Assembly: GCA_030141605.1 (NCBI GenBank)
Contig: JAQGDQ010001769.1
Location: 1 to 26,196 of the forward strand
Direction of reading: 5' to 3'
DNA length: 26,196 nucleotides
Source: Tubiluchus corallicola
Lineage: Eukaryota > Animalia > Priapulida
Part shown: positions 1 to 9,890 of the stretch, piece by piece
Numbering within the stretch: position 1 is the first letter of the stretch
Layout of the letters: every line of letters begins with the position of its first letter
Notes under the pieces: model-generated
Seen by the model: only the letters and a program-made list of their open reading frames with translations
What the model was told of the DNA's origin: nothing
Databases searched by the model: none
Program-made: the position numbers and the translations under genes

Positions 1-75
1 ACTAAAATTCACGCATCTATGACACACACAAAATTAGTCTTACAAACATTTAAAAATGGGGAAAAGAGGGAAAAT

Positions 76-442
76 TAGCTTAACAGTCACTTTGCCTCAT
101 TTTAGCACTCTCACTGAAGCTAGTCATGGTCAGTTCAGTGTAGAAATTGGTCTTGTAAAAAAGCCAAACACCTAGCTTGACGGTCACTTTGCCTCATTTT
201 AGCACTCTATAAGTGAAGCTAGTCATGGTCAGTTCAGTGTAGAAATTGGTTTTGTAAAGAAGGAAGCCAAACATCTAGCTTGATGGTCACTTTGCCTCAT
301 TTTAGCACTCTATAAGTGAAGCTAGTCATGGTCAGTTCAGTGTAGATATTGGTTTTGTAAAGAAGGAAGCCAAACATCTACCTTGACGGTCAGCTTGCCT
401 CATTTTAGCACTCTATAAGTGAAGCTAGTGATGGTCAGTTCA
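76..442. repeat. Tandem repeat, unit about 103 bp, about 3.6 copies
   Basis: Unit starts at 76, 173, 276 and 379 (TGCCTCATTTTAGCACTCT...GAAGCTAGTCATGGTCAGTTCA). Confidence 0.93.
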
Positions 443-580
443 TTACAGCTTGCTCTATTAATCAAAGAACAGAAAGCAGTAGCATTGGCCTCTTACAAAA
501 TGCAATTATACTCCCAAGAAAAATAAAAGAAACATTTCCGTAATCATTATAAGTGAAATAAAAATAAGAAAATCAGACAC

Positions 581-700
581 CTGGCACTGTAAGTGTGTCT
601 ACCCTTGTTGATACGGTGTATCAATTGACCAATGAGATTGACCAGCTGACCAACAAACCAAACAAAATCTGCTTTCAGGTATGGAATATATTCTATGAAT
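581..700 (-). CDS. PNPLA2: PNPLA2/ATGL coding exon 8 (3' boundary less certain)
   Basis: Acceptor TTATCCTTTTCAG; encodes (R)FIEYIPYLKADFVWFVGQLVNLIGQLIHRINKGRHTYSA, similar to human RLLEWLPDVPEDIRWMKEQ...LGRH. Probable donor AG|GTGTCT at 580 (phase 2); read-through would stop at TAA 549-547. Confidence 0.82.
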
Positions 701-795
701 CTGAAAAGGATAAAAAATATTGAATAGAAAACGAATTATTAGAGTTACAACTTTGAATAATAAAGATAAGCGATCGAAATGCCATGAATTTTTCT

Positions 796-1454
796 CAATG
801 ATTCCGTTACCTAAATCCACAGTGCAGAGCAATATCAAACGGAAGTACCCAGGGTAGTGTGAGCACTGAGAGAAGCCGTGCCACGTGTGAATGACAAATG
901 TACGCAATGATTCCTTACCTAAATCCACAGTGCAGAGCAATATCAAATGGAAGTACCCAGGGTAGTGTGAGCACAGAAAGAAGCCGTGCCACGTGTGAAT
1001 GACAAATGTACGCAATGATTCCTTACCTAAATCCACAGTGCAGAGCAATATCAAACGGAAGTACCCAGGGTAGTGTGACCACAGAGAGAAGCCGCGCCAC
1101 GTGTGAATGACAAATGTACGCAATGATTCCTTACCTAAATCCACAGTGCAGAGCAATATCAAATGGAAGTACCCAGGGTAGTGTGAGCACAGAAAGAAGC
1201 CGTGCCACGTGTGAATGACAAATGTACGCAATGATTCCTTACCTAAATCCACAGTGCAGAGCAATATCAAACGGAAGTACCCATGGTAGTGTGAGCACAG
1301 AGAGAAGCCTTGCCACGTGTGAATGACAAATGTACGCAATGATTCCTTACCTAAATCCACAGTGCAGAGCAATATCAAATGGAAGTACCCAGGGTAGTGT
1401 GAGCACAGAAAGAAGCCTTGCCACGTGTGAATGACAAATGTACGCAATGATTCC
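796..1454. repeat. Tandem array of six 108-bp units derived from the ATGL exon 7 3' part plus donor
   Basis: The unit marker CTAAATCCAC recurs at 811, 919, 1027, 1135, 1243 and 1351, an exact 108-bp period. Only 7 sites vary within the exon-derived part. Confidence 0.97.
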
Positions 1455-1483
1455 CCTGTGTGAGTCAATGGCTTCTTGAAGTG
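1351..1483 (-). CDS. PNPLA2: PNPLA2/ATGL coding exon 7 (hydrophobic, putative lipid-droplet-binding segment)
   Basis: Acceptor TTTTTGTTTACAG; encodes (A)LQEAIDSHRGIIAYICHSHVARLLSVLTLPWVLPFDIALHCGF(R), alignable by eye with human ATGL ALLEAC...[24 protein letters not shown]. Donor AG|GTAAGG; 133 nt, phase 1-2. This frame differs from the 315-aa ORF in the track. Confidence 0.9.
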
Positions 1484-2333
1484 CTGTAAACAAAAATAAA
1501 GACTAAAATAAATATGGCCAATGGTCAACGACACATACAAAAACAAAGAAAATAATGAATCAGCGTGCAGTAGTGGTCACCGGGGACAAAAAACTTCTAG
1601 GGCCCTACCCCTTTAAAGTTTTTATCATTTGTTTCATGGGTGAAACCACGAATTGTGCTCGTTTTTTTGCGTCCCTGAACCTTACTTTCGTTTTTCGACA
1701 TGACGGGATAAAGATAAACAATTTTCTTTAAGGATCACCGTGAGTTTGATATGCAATACTGCACTAAAGTAACTCTTTTCTATACATTAGTTGCTCATAA
1801 CACGACAGTCCTTAAACATTCAGCTCCAGCATTAAAACATGCAATGATTATGAAAGATACAGAACACTACAGGTTTTCACAATAATACAATCAGCATTTA
1901 GAGAAACGTCACTGTTTCTCCCAAAATTATCAAACTGCTAAGCCACGCCCTACCCTACACACACCATTAAGTAACAACATTAGCCTTTTTTCCGGGTTGT
2001 ATGTAGTGATTAAGTCAGCTACGATGATCTCTGACTAGACAATTTTGTTTAGTTTGAAAACTTTTGTTAATGTCAGAGTAGTAATTAATAATTAACAGTC
2101 ACTGAACTGTAGAAGAATTTTGTGCCCTCTCGCCCCCTGGGATAATTGCCCCCCGTTGGCCCCGCCTTGCTATGCCTCTGATGTTATCTTTGTTATTCAA
2201 TTTTTATAAATGAAAAACCAAACTCAGTAAATTCACATAAACTTTTACATAGGCTATACAACTTTTCTTACTATTAATTAATTAAACCAATTTAATTAAT
2301 TCAATAGAAGACCACAAGGTACTTTGACTATAG

Positions 2334-2419
2334 TAAGTGAGTGAGTAAGTGAGTGAGTGAGTGAGTGAGTGAGTGAGTGAGTGAGTGAGTGAGTGAGTGA
2401 GTGAGTGAGTGAGTGAGTG

Positions 2420-2453
<34 letters not shown>

Positions 2454-2462
2454 TAAGTAAGT
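2334..2462. repeat. (GAGT)n/(AAGT)n microsatellite
   Basis: Read directly from the sequence. Confidence 0.97.
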
Positions 2463-3065
2463 ATCTTTATTTATCACATTTTTTACAAGAAAAACACAGA
2501 GCATGAAATGATAATATGATACAAAGTGACAAGATTATTAAATGAATAAATTATCTGAGTTAATGATGTTCAAGTGATTGGTGAAAGGGTGGCGAAAAAC
2601 TGAAAGTTACCAAAGTCAACCACCCTGTAAGTAATGTTGCTATTAGTAATATGCGCAATTATCTTGACGAAGATTTCAGAATAAGGTGTGTAAAACTATT
2701 GAGATTAAGTTTAAATTTGAACATAAATATCATGGACATAAAGGCATAATAAATACATATAATGTTGATATTCTAAGCAATGTATAGATTTACGCAGACA
2801 GAATTGCTTTACCTCTTAACTTTCATTTACATGTTAGTAGTGAATATGGCACAAAATCACTATAGTAAAGTGATGTCTTCCCCTTCATTTAGATTCTTAC
2901 TACCAGCTATATTGTTATAAAAAATACGTATTTGTAAATTAATAACTTTCATATGTCTAGTGACTTTCAATTTATTTCATCCAAAGTTTCAGTCTTTTGT
3001 TTAGAAGTTCAGCATTTGTTTATCACATACGAATCTGTGTTTTTTATAATTTACACTTAGTAAGT

Positions 3066-3464
3066 GGTTGGTTGGTTGGTTGGCATCCTTCTGTCTCGGA
3101 AGACAATGGAGTGTGCCCTAAGAGAGTCAGTTATTGATCACATTGATGGAGCTGCAGCGTCAACTGTGGCTGAGCAGTCCGATCCTTGAACGTCTCCAGG
3201 GCACACGCCTGGGCAAGGTGTATGGAGATCCTGAGTTGCCCGGACAACAGGAACCCTCTCTCTTCCTCCCTGGTGTAGTCCAAAGGAAAGCGGAGCGATA
3301 CGTTTGGCTGCAGGAGCTGCCGGAGTCAGTGAGCATGCTGCACTGGTCCGCCTTCGGGGCTCCACTCCTGATTTGGAAGGCTTACTCCTCTACACATGGC
3401 CCTTGGGTCACTTGACCTCCTCCGCCCTCTAGCCGTAATGATTTGGCCGTAGTGTTATGTAGTG
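3066..3464 (-). mobile_element. RTE-derived non-autonomous retroelement (5'-region-like segment fused to an RTE 3' end), copy 1
   Basis: The minus strand reads RSRIGLLSHS*RC (RTE ORF C-terminal motif), then a short 3'UTR and a (CCAA)n tail. Flanked by the 9-bp direct repeat TTAGTAAGT (3057-3065 and 3465-3473). A second copy lies at 14198-14424. Confidence 0.82.
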
Positions 3465-4105
3465 TTAGTAAGTAAATAAGTAAGAAAGTAATTTATACAA
3501 ACGACAGGACATGTAACAATAACACGATCAAATACAAAGATTAGTGAAGATTTATATAAAAAAGTAAAATTATAACAACATCATAATGGTTGGTAAGTGG
3601 GTTTAGAAGAACTGAAAACTTATCAGAGTCAGCCACCCACGTACAGCGCCAAAAAAAACATTAGCAATGCACAAAGCAAGAAACTAGAATTCACATAAAA
3701 CTTTGGATTTACTTTGAACTTGACTTGTAGGTGAACTTTGCATACAAGCAAAATGTATGACTTGGCAAAATGTACAAACAGTAAAAGTCATACAGCAGTC
3801 AATCAGCAATTAATGCATACGTGTGACCACATGCCATCGTAAAGGGTTAAGCAAACATCAAACATTTGTAAGTGGAATGACATGATTTATTTGATGTTTC
3901 ACTGTTCAAACATAAACCAGGTTATTTGCATACACCAATATCCAATGTGACTGTGACTTACTCATTTCTAATAATACAAGACAAGAAAGGTACAAAACGT
4001 CGATACCCACAATTTAAGTAAATAAACATTTCGCGTGTTAATTTAGCGTCAAAAGTCAATATTACTAACTAAAAATCAAAGTAAACTAATGTTATACCGG
4101 TAATG

Positions 4106-4549
4106 CAGGGATGAGAACGACAAATTGCAAAAAAACTCTGAAACAGGCCAGAGGTTTGGGGGCCGCATAGGCAGCAACAAATTGCAATTTTGTGACCAGC
4201 CTCTAAGTGGACTTAAAATATCAATTACCTAGTTTCATGCATAATTTAAAATACCCAACTATCACTGTACTGGCCACTCCTATGCAAAAGTATATAAAAA
4301 CTGTCTGCAAATGACTCAAATAACTCCACACAATTGATTCTATATTTTTATACATAGAGATCTACAATGGTTACAATGATGTACGTGATGTAAACAAAGT
4401 GACGGCCTGCCAACTAGCGGTCAGCTTGTGAAATAATGTACTGGGTCCGTAAAAATTTTCTCAAAGAATTTACGCCATTTACAAAAATGGCACTACTGGT
4501 CTTCGAAAAACTCGAAATTCTGCGTATCCGCGGAAAATTCTCATCCCTG
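4106..4549. mobile_element. MITE with 12-bp perfect TIRs (hAT-like)
   Basis: CAGGGATGAGAA at 4106-4117 and TTCTCATCCCTG at 4538-4549. The TSD is imperfect (TAATG on both sides). Confidence 0.65.
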
Positions 4550-4726
4550 TTAATGTTCTTAAAAATGCACAACCCTTCTGTTAAAAGATGAGCTACAAAA
4601 TAGAGTGAGCTGCCACAGTGTTGTAGAATAAATGAGAGCATCTCTTACGTATCCAAGTTAAACTTGCACTTGTAAAATAACAGAGGTACAAAACTCACAC
4701 ATCAAGAGCAAATCATTTTCACTAAC

Positions 4727-4951
4727 CTGAAGAAACTGGTTTTGGCAAATTTTTCTCTTTGACTAGTTTGTGGCGTAATTTCGTACAATCCTCGCAAGTA
4801 TCGAGCGGATGCTGCGGGTACGTGAACTCGTGCTCTTCACCAGTGGGGGAGTCACCAGCTGATTCGGTGTCACTTGTTTCAGTATCGCTAGCTTCCTCCA
4901 TCATTGGGATTATTGTACGCAATGTTAAACAGCGAGTGCAATCTATCATGT
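4727..4951 (-). CDS. PNPLA2: PNPLA2/ATGL coding exon 6 (acidic, Cys-containing linker)
   Basis: Acceptor TTATTTTAG at 4952; encodes (N)MIDCTRCLTLRTIIPMMEEASDTETSDTES...CEDCTKLRHKLVKEKNLPKPVSS. Donor AG|GTTAGT; 225 nt, phase 1-1. The CTRCL motif directly after QRN resembles invertebrate ATGLs as I recall them. Confidence 0.88.
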
Positions 4952-5008
4952 CTAAAATAATGTAAAACAGCGAGTGCAATCAATCATGTCTAAAACAATG
5001 TAAAAGCC

Positions 5009-5262
5009 CAGTTCAGTAAGTTCAGTTGTTTTACGTTGAGTTTACTTAATTATGCATTAGTCTGTGTGGGATCTTGCCTAGAAACAAGAAAAAATGAACT
5101 AGGTAAGGTTTTATAGGTAGCATTTGTTCCTGTTTTAATTGCTATTACAATATCATGGGCTGCGAGGCGTTGTCAAGTGTACACAAATGCGCTGTCAGGT
5201 ACACTTAACCTTTGTCCTTCTCACGATCATCATCAATCACTGGAAATGTGAAAAGGGTTAAT
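5009..5262. repeat. Interspersed repeat, copy A (second copy at 23293-23535)
   Basis: Shared blocks CAGTTCAGTAA.TTCAGT.GTTTTACGT, AACAAGAAAAAATGAACTAG, TTGTCAAGTGTACACAAATGCGCTGTC and CACTTAACCTTTG.CCTT.TCACGATCA. Confidence 0.8.
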
Positions 5263-6407
5263 AGTAAGCATAGAGTGGTATTTAGCCACAACAATTAATC
5301 ATTTGGCTTCTGTGCATAACCACCGTGATTTATGGCTAGTTGGACATTTTTAACTCTTTCGTTCCACTGTGAACCGTGAATGTTCAATTTCGTTGATGAG
5401 CTTAAAGCAAAACCGGACCCAATCTTAAACTGCAGGTCAAAACAATCTACTCTTAAAAATATCAAAAGAAAACATAGTATTTTTTTCAAAAAATGACTTA
5501 TTACCACACAAACACAATTTTGCGTTCGCGCCACTAGTTCTTCGCTGTTAGATGCATTTTGGCATTTACTAGTTAGACGGGCACTAGCGCCTGCATTTCG
5601 GAAACACATTGCACAAAAAACAGGTGTTGTACCTCTCAGTTCAGATGTCTTTGATTGTGACGAACTACATACGTTCAACAGGGGTAAATTTGAAATTTAA
5701 ATTTTTATCTTAAAACTTGTCTAGTTTTAGTACAATGCACTGAATATCTTTCAATAGTACTGTACTTCAATTTTTGCTTTTGCAAAACACAGGCAACACG
5801 CTCATGGAATATTTTTGCCGTTGAAAATTATGTTAGTTTGTGATGTCATCAATAAGTGGCCTCGCCATGCGATGTATGTAGTGATGGAAATCGATTATCG
5901 TTTCATCGACGAAAAATCGACTTTTGTAAAGTTGTATTATATTTCCTAAACACAAAGTTTGTACTTTATAATTTGTGTACTTGCACATTAAAACCGTCCA
6001 TAAGTCGGCATAGTTAAAACTACATTATGATGTTTCAAAAATTTGGTCAAATGTCGATTTTTTTATTTTTTATGAAAACAAATGCTAAATATAGTGGACT
6101 TTTATATTCTAGCATCAAATTATCATTAAAATGTCCAAAAAATACTAAAAATTAAATTTTATAACTCCTTACCAACTTTTCTGTCTTGAAACTAGTACTG
6201 CAATTGTAAAAAAACTCGTATTTTCAAACTCCGATTGTAGCTCATGGAAGCAGCCATTTTGCTTCAGGTTTTTTCTGTTGACAAGGCCAGATCTTCATCA
6301 GGAAAAGCCATGTACTGGATTTAAACATAACTTCAATTTGCTCTTGTAAAATCCACAGCAACCAACATTTGTACGGTTGCTAAGCGTTTTGTAGAAACGC
6401 GACAAAA

Positions 6408-6899
6408 ACAATGGCTGACTTTAATGTTATGTTTTTCAGTGTGCAGCCTGCACCTCAACTTCAACGTGGATTATCTCAGCTTAGAAATAACATAGAGCGA
6501 TGAACTTGGTATCAAAATGATCCTCATGAAAAGGAGATTTAGGATATGTGAATAACTAGAACAATGGCTGACTTTAACAGTGATTTTCTCAAGATTATGT
6601 TTTCCAGTGTGCAGCCTGCACCTCAACTTCAACGTGGATTATCTCAGCTTAGAAATAACACAGAGCAATGAACTTGGGATCAAAATGACCCTCATGAAAT
6701 GGAGATTCAGGATACGTGAATAACTAGAACAATGGCTGACTTTAACAGTGATTTTCTCAAGGTTATGTTTTTCAATGCGCAGTCTCTGCACCTCAACTTC
6801 AACGTGGATTATCTTAGCTTAGAAATAACATAGAGCAATGAACTTGGTATCAAAATGATCCTCATGAAATGGAGATTCAGGATATGTGAATAACTAGAA
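6408..6899. repeat. Tandem repeat, 153-170-bp unit, 3 copies
   Basis: ACAATGGCTGACTTTAA starts at 6408, 6561 and 6729; each unit ends GTGAATAACTAGA. Confidence 0.93.
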
Positions 6900-6976
6900 A
6901 AGATTAATTGCCGACTTATGAACAATTTTGCTATGCAAGCACACATATATCACCTGACAGTAAAAAAATGACTCAC

Positions 6977-7116
6977 TATTTCGCTGTAGAAATCTCAGCG
7001 CATCCTCAAATCCTTGCTTACACCAGGCACTAAGCACCTCCGGATGAGGAGGAAAAAAAGCACGAGTGAGCCGGTACAAGTTCTCAGTAGTCATCTGGAC
7101 ACTGGTCCTCGACAAA
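6977..7116 (-). CDS. PNPLA2: PNPLA2/ATGL coding exon 5
   Basis: Acceptor TTCTTTTACCAG; encodes (S)LSRTSVQMTTENLYRLTRAFFPPHPEVLSAWCKQGFEDALRFLQRN, matching ATGL NLYRL...FPP...CKQG..D.LRFLQRN. Donor GTGAGT; 140 nt, phase 2-1. Confidence 0.95.
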
Positions 7117-7498
7117 CTGGTAAAAGAACATACTGTACATTAACAACACAATAAACTGACCTATAGCTGTATAAGTGCAAAGCCAGAAATGGGTCTCTCT
7201 TTTATTCAAGTGAAATATGAAAGCTGAAACACAAATATTTAAAATGATGTTAATTTAACTCTTAAGCAAAATTACAAATGACTAATTGTAGAGAGGTATC
7301 ACACATACTCACTACACATTCTTTCTTACAAATGCATTTAGTTTAAACAGTATTTTTATTTGACAATAAACATTGCAATCATAAGTACATTTATAATAAG
7401 AACAATGGGCAACTAATGAAATGCTGATTGGCTAACGGGTATACCCTATATAAAAGTGTTTCAGTGAGTAGATGTATTTATAAGTTTCATCGGCACAC

Positions 7499-8060
<562 letters not shown>

Positions 8061-8105
8061 CGGCACACGATTACAAGAACTGTTAGTTATCCATTAGGTA
8101 AGAAC

Positions 8106-8575
8106 TAGGGTTACCATACGTCCCACGTCGTCTTTTTGGGCCTCTGTCCGAACGGGTTTTCAAAAAATCGGCAGTTTGTCCGGGTTTTGCCTCAATCCTT
8201 AAGTATGTACGAACATTGCCGACTGCAGAGGCGTACGACAGTACGAGACAAAGAAAAGCTTGTTAATTTTCAATACAAGATGTTGCTAACATCTCGTAAT
8301 GCAACCCTTGTAAAAGCTTTGTGTACATATTTACTGAACAAAAGTAAGCGATGCGCACATCACTATGGGTCACACGACTCACACCGCTGTCGATACTCGG
8401 CGCATTCGTTAACGAGTTAAATGACGTCAGCTTCCGGGAGCCATTTTGTTTTTTTATGTGAATTTGCATTTTATTTTGCATTGTTTTAATAGACTCTAGA
8501 CTGGTCCATTTTTGCCTACTTACAAGTGTGCGAAAAAGTGCCCTCTTTTTCAACTCAGAGAATATGGCAACCCTA
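8106..8575. mobile_element. hAT-family MITE (470 bp)
   Basis: TIRs TAGGGTTACCATA / TATGGCAACCCTA (12/13) with a perfect 8-bp TSD GTAAGAAC at 8098-8105 and 8576-8583. Confidence 0.9.
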
Positions 8576-8850
8576 GTAAGAACGAGATTGAGAAAGTTGT
8601 TTTTTTGAATAGCAGGTGTGCGAAAGGGTGGGACGTGTTGGCTATGATGCGTTTGATGTTGATGTAAAACTACAAGAATAGAATGAACGATGATGAAGCT
8701 GATGAAAGAAAGATGAGAGAAATTCTTACAAATGCTTATTGATTTTTTATCAACATTTTACTAAAGTAAGTAAATACCTGTTCAATCATTACGTTAGTCA
8801 AAAAGTTTTCATATTAAAATACTACAAGTAAACATAACAGGCCAACATTC

Positions 8851-8902
8851 TAATAATAATAATAGTAATAATAATAATAATAATAATGACAATAACAACA
8901 AC

Positions 8903-8949
<47 letters not shown>

Positions 8950-8974
8950 CAATAACAACAACAACAACAACAAC

Positions 8975-9005
<31 letters not shown>

Positions 9006-9061
9006 GTAATAATAATAGTAATTATAATAATAATAATAATAATAATGACAATAACAACAAC

Positions 9062-9116
<55 letters not shown>

Positions 9117-9130
9117 GCAATAACAATAAC

Positions 9131-9162
<32 letters not shown>

Positions 9163-9169
9163 TAATAAT
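8851..9169. repeat. Compound (AAT)n/(AAC)n microsatellite
   Basis: Read directly; it is the source of the poly-I and poly-Y ORFs. Confidence 0.98.
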
Positions 9170-9269
9170 CTTTATTTAAAGTCGGCTTTTGGGTCAACAA
9201 TTAACATTAGCTCAAAGAGCTATTATCGCCGACTGTAAATAACAACCTACAACTACATAACAGAGACTA

Positions 9270-9415
9270 TTATTACCCCACTTTTACCCTAAATACCACG
9301 CGCCAGACAGGGCAACAGCAGGTACCATTTTTAAAGTCTTTGGTATGACCCGGCCACTGGTTCGAACTCACGACCTCCCAGACGGAAAGCAGATGCATTA
9401 CGACTAGACTAAACC
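9270..9415 (-). mobile_element. tRNA-derived SINE fragment (possibly Meta/MESC-domain type)
   Basis: Minus strand has an A-box-like TAGTCTAGTCGT and a B-box GAGTTCGAACC, followed by CCGGGTCATACCAAAGACTTTAAAAATGGTACC, a SINE core recalled from aquatic animals. The family name is from memory. Confidence 0.72.
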
Positions 9416-9539
9416 GTCTGGTCAGATATATCTCTTCTAGCACGAGATATGACGAATTAGCTTATTTATAAACCCTTCCCTTCAACCCGCTGCACTTCTC
9501 TTTCTAAATGAACTATGATAAAAGAGACAACATGTAAAC

Positions 9540-9733
9540 CTTAGATGAAGATAATTGCTTGAATAATCATCGGGACTAATGTCCGACTCTCCTGCGAGCG
9601 GACAGACGGTTATTGTGTGTTCATCAAGAACCGGGATGTTGTTTGTTAATCCACCGTCGATGTAGCGCTCTCCACGATACTTTGGCGGAATGAAACCACT
9701 CCATATTGGAACGAATGAGCTACATAATAAGGC
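9540..9733 (-). CDS. PNPLA2: PNPLA2/ATGL coding exon 4 (catalytic Asp, DGG motif)
   Basis: Acceptor TTTTTCTATAG; encodes ALLCSSFVPIWSGFIPPKYRGERYIDGGLTNNIPVLDEHTITVCPLAGESDISPDDYSSNYLHL. Donor AG|GTTTAC is weak, but its phase 2 fits the next exon; 194 nt. Confidence 0.93.
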
Positions 9734-9890
9734 CTATAGAAAAACAATAATAACATTTATGCACGAGGACAAAGGTTGTAACTAAGAAAGACCATGGTTT
9801 TTGTAGAATATACCTAGTTAGTTATGAGAACGTTAAGAAAAAATTGATATGTCATCTAACATGTTGACAAAGTAAAACAAAAGTAAATTT

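Noticed and set aside
599-1546. 315-aa repetitive ORF as an independent gene
   Set aside because: It is an alternative frame of ATGL exons 7-8 and the 108-bp array. It stays open because the unit length is a multiple of 3, and the variants are nonsynonymous in this frame.
1561-2180. MITE with CAG...CTG ends
   Set aside because: The ends are GC-rich and suggestive, but the TIR match is poor and no TSD was found.
2461-2630. LINE (CR1/L2-like) 3' end with hairpin; similar stretches near 3480-3640 and 14940-14985
   Set aside because: These may be relics, but with no coding remnant or defined boundary the call cannot be supported.
3134-3415. Paralogous small proteins (3134-3415 + and 14215-14418 -)
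   Set aside because: They are antisense readings of the same RTE-derived repeat, so the similarity is at the DNA level.
5295-6330. 127-aa ORF or DNA transposon
   Set aside because: No recognisable protein motif and no matching termini were identified.
8850-9200. Poly-Y and poly-I ORFs
   Set aside because: These are translations of the (AAT)n microsatellite.
9350-9415. tRNA gene (also 13825-13903)
   Set aside because: A and B boxes are present, but no full cloverleaf could be formed and each continues into a SINE-like body.
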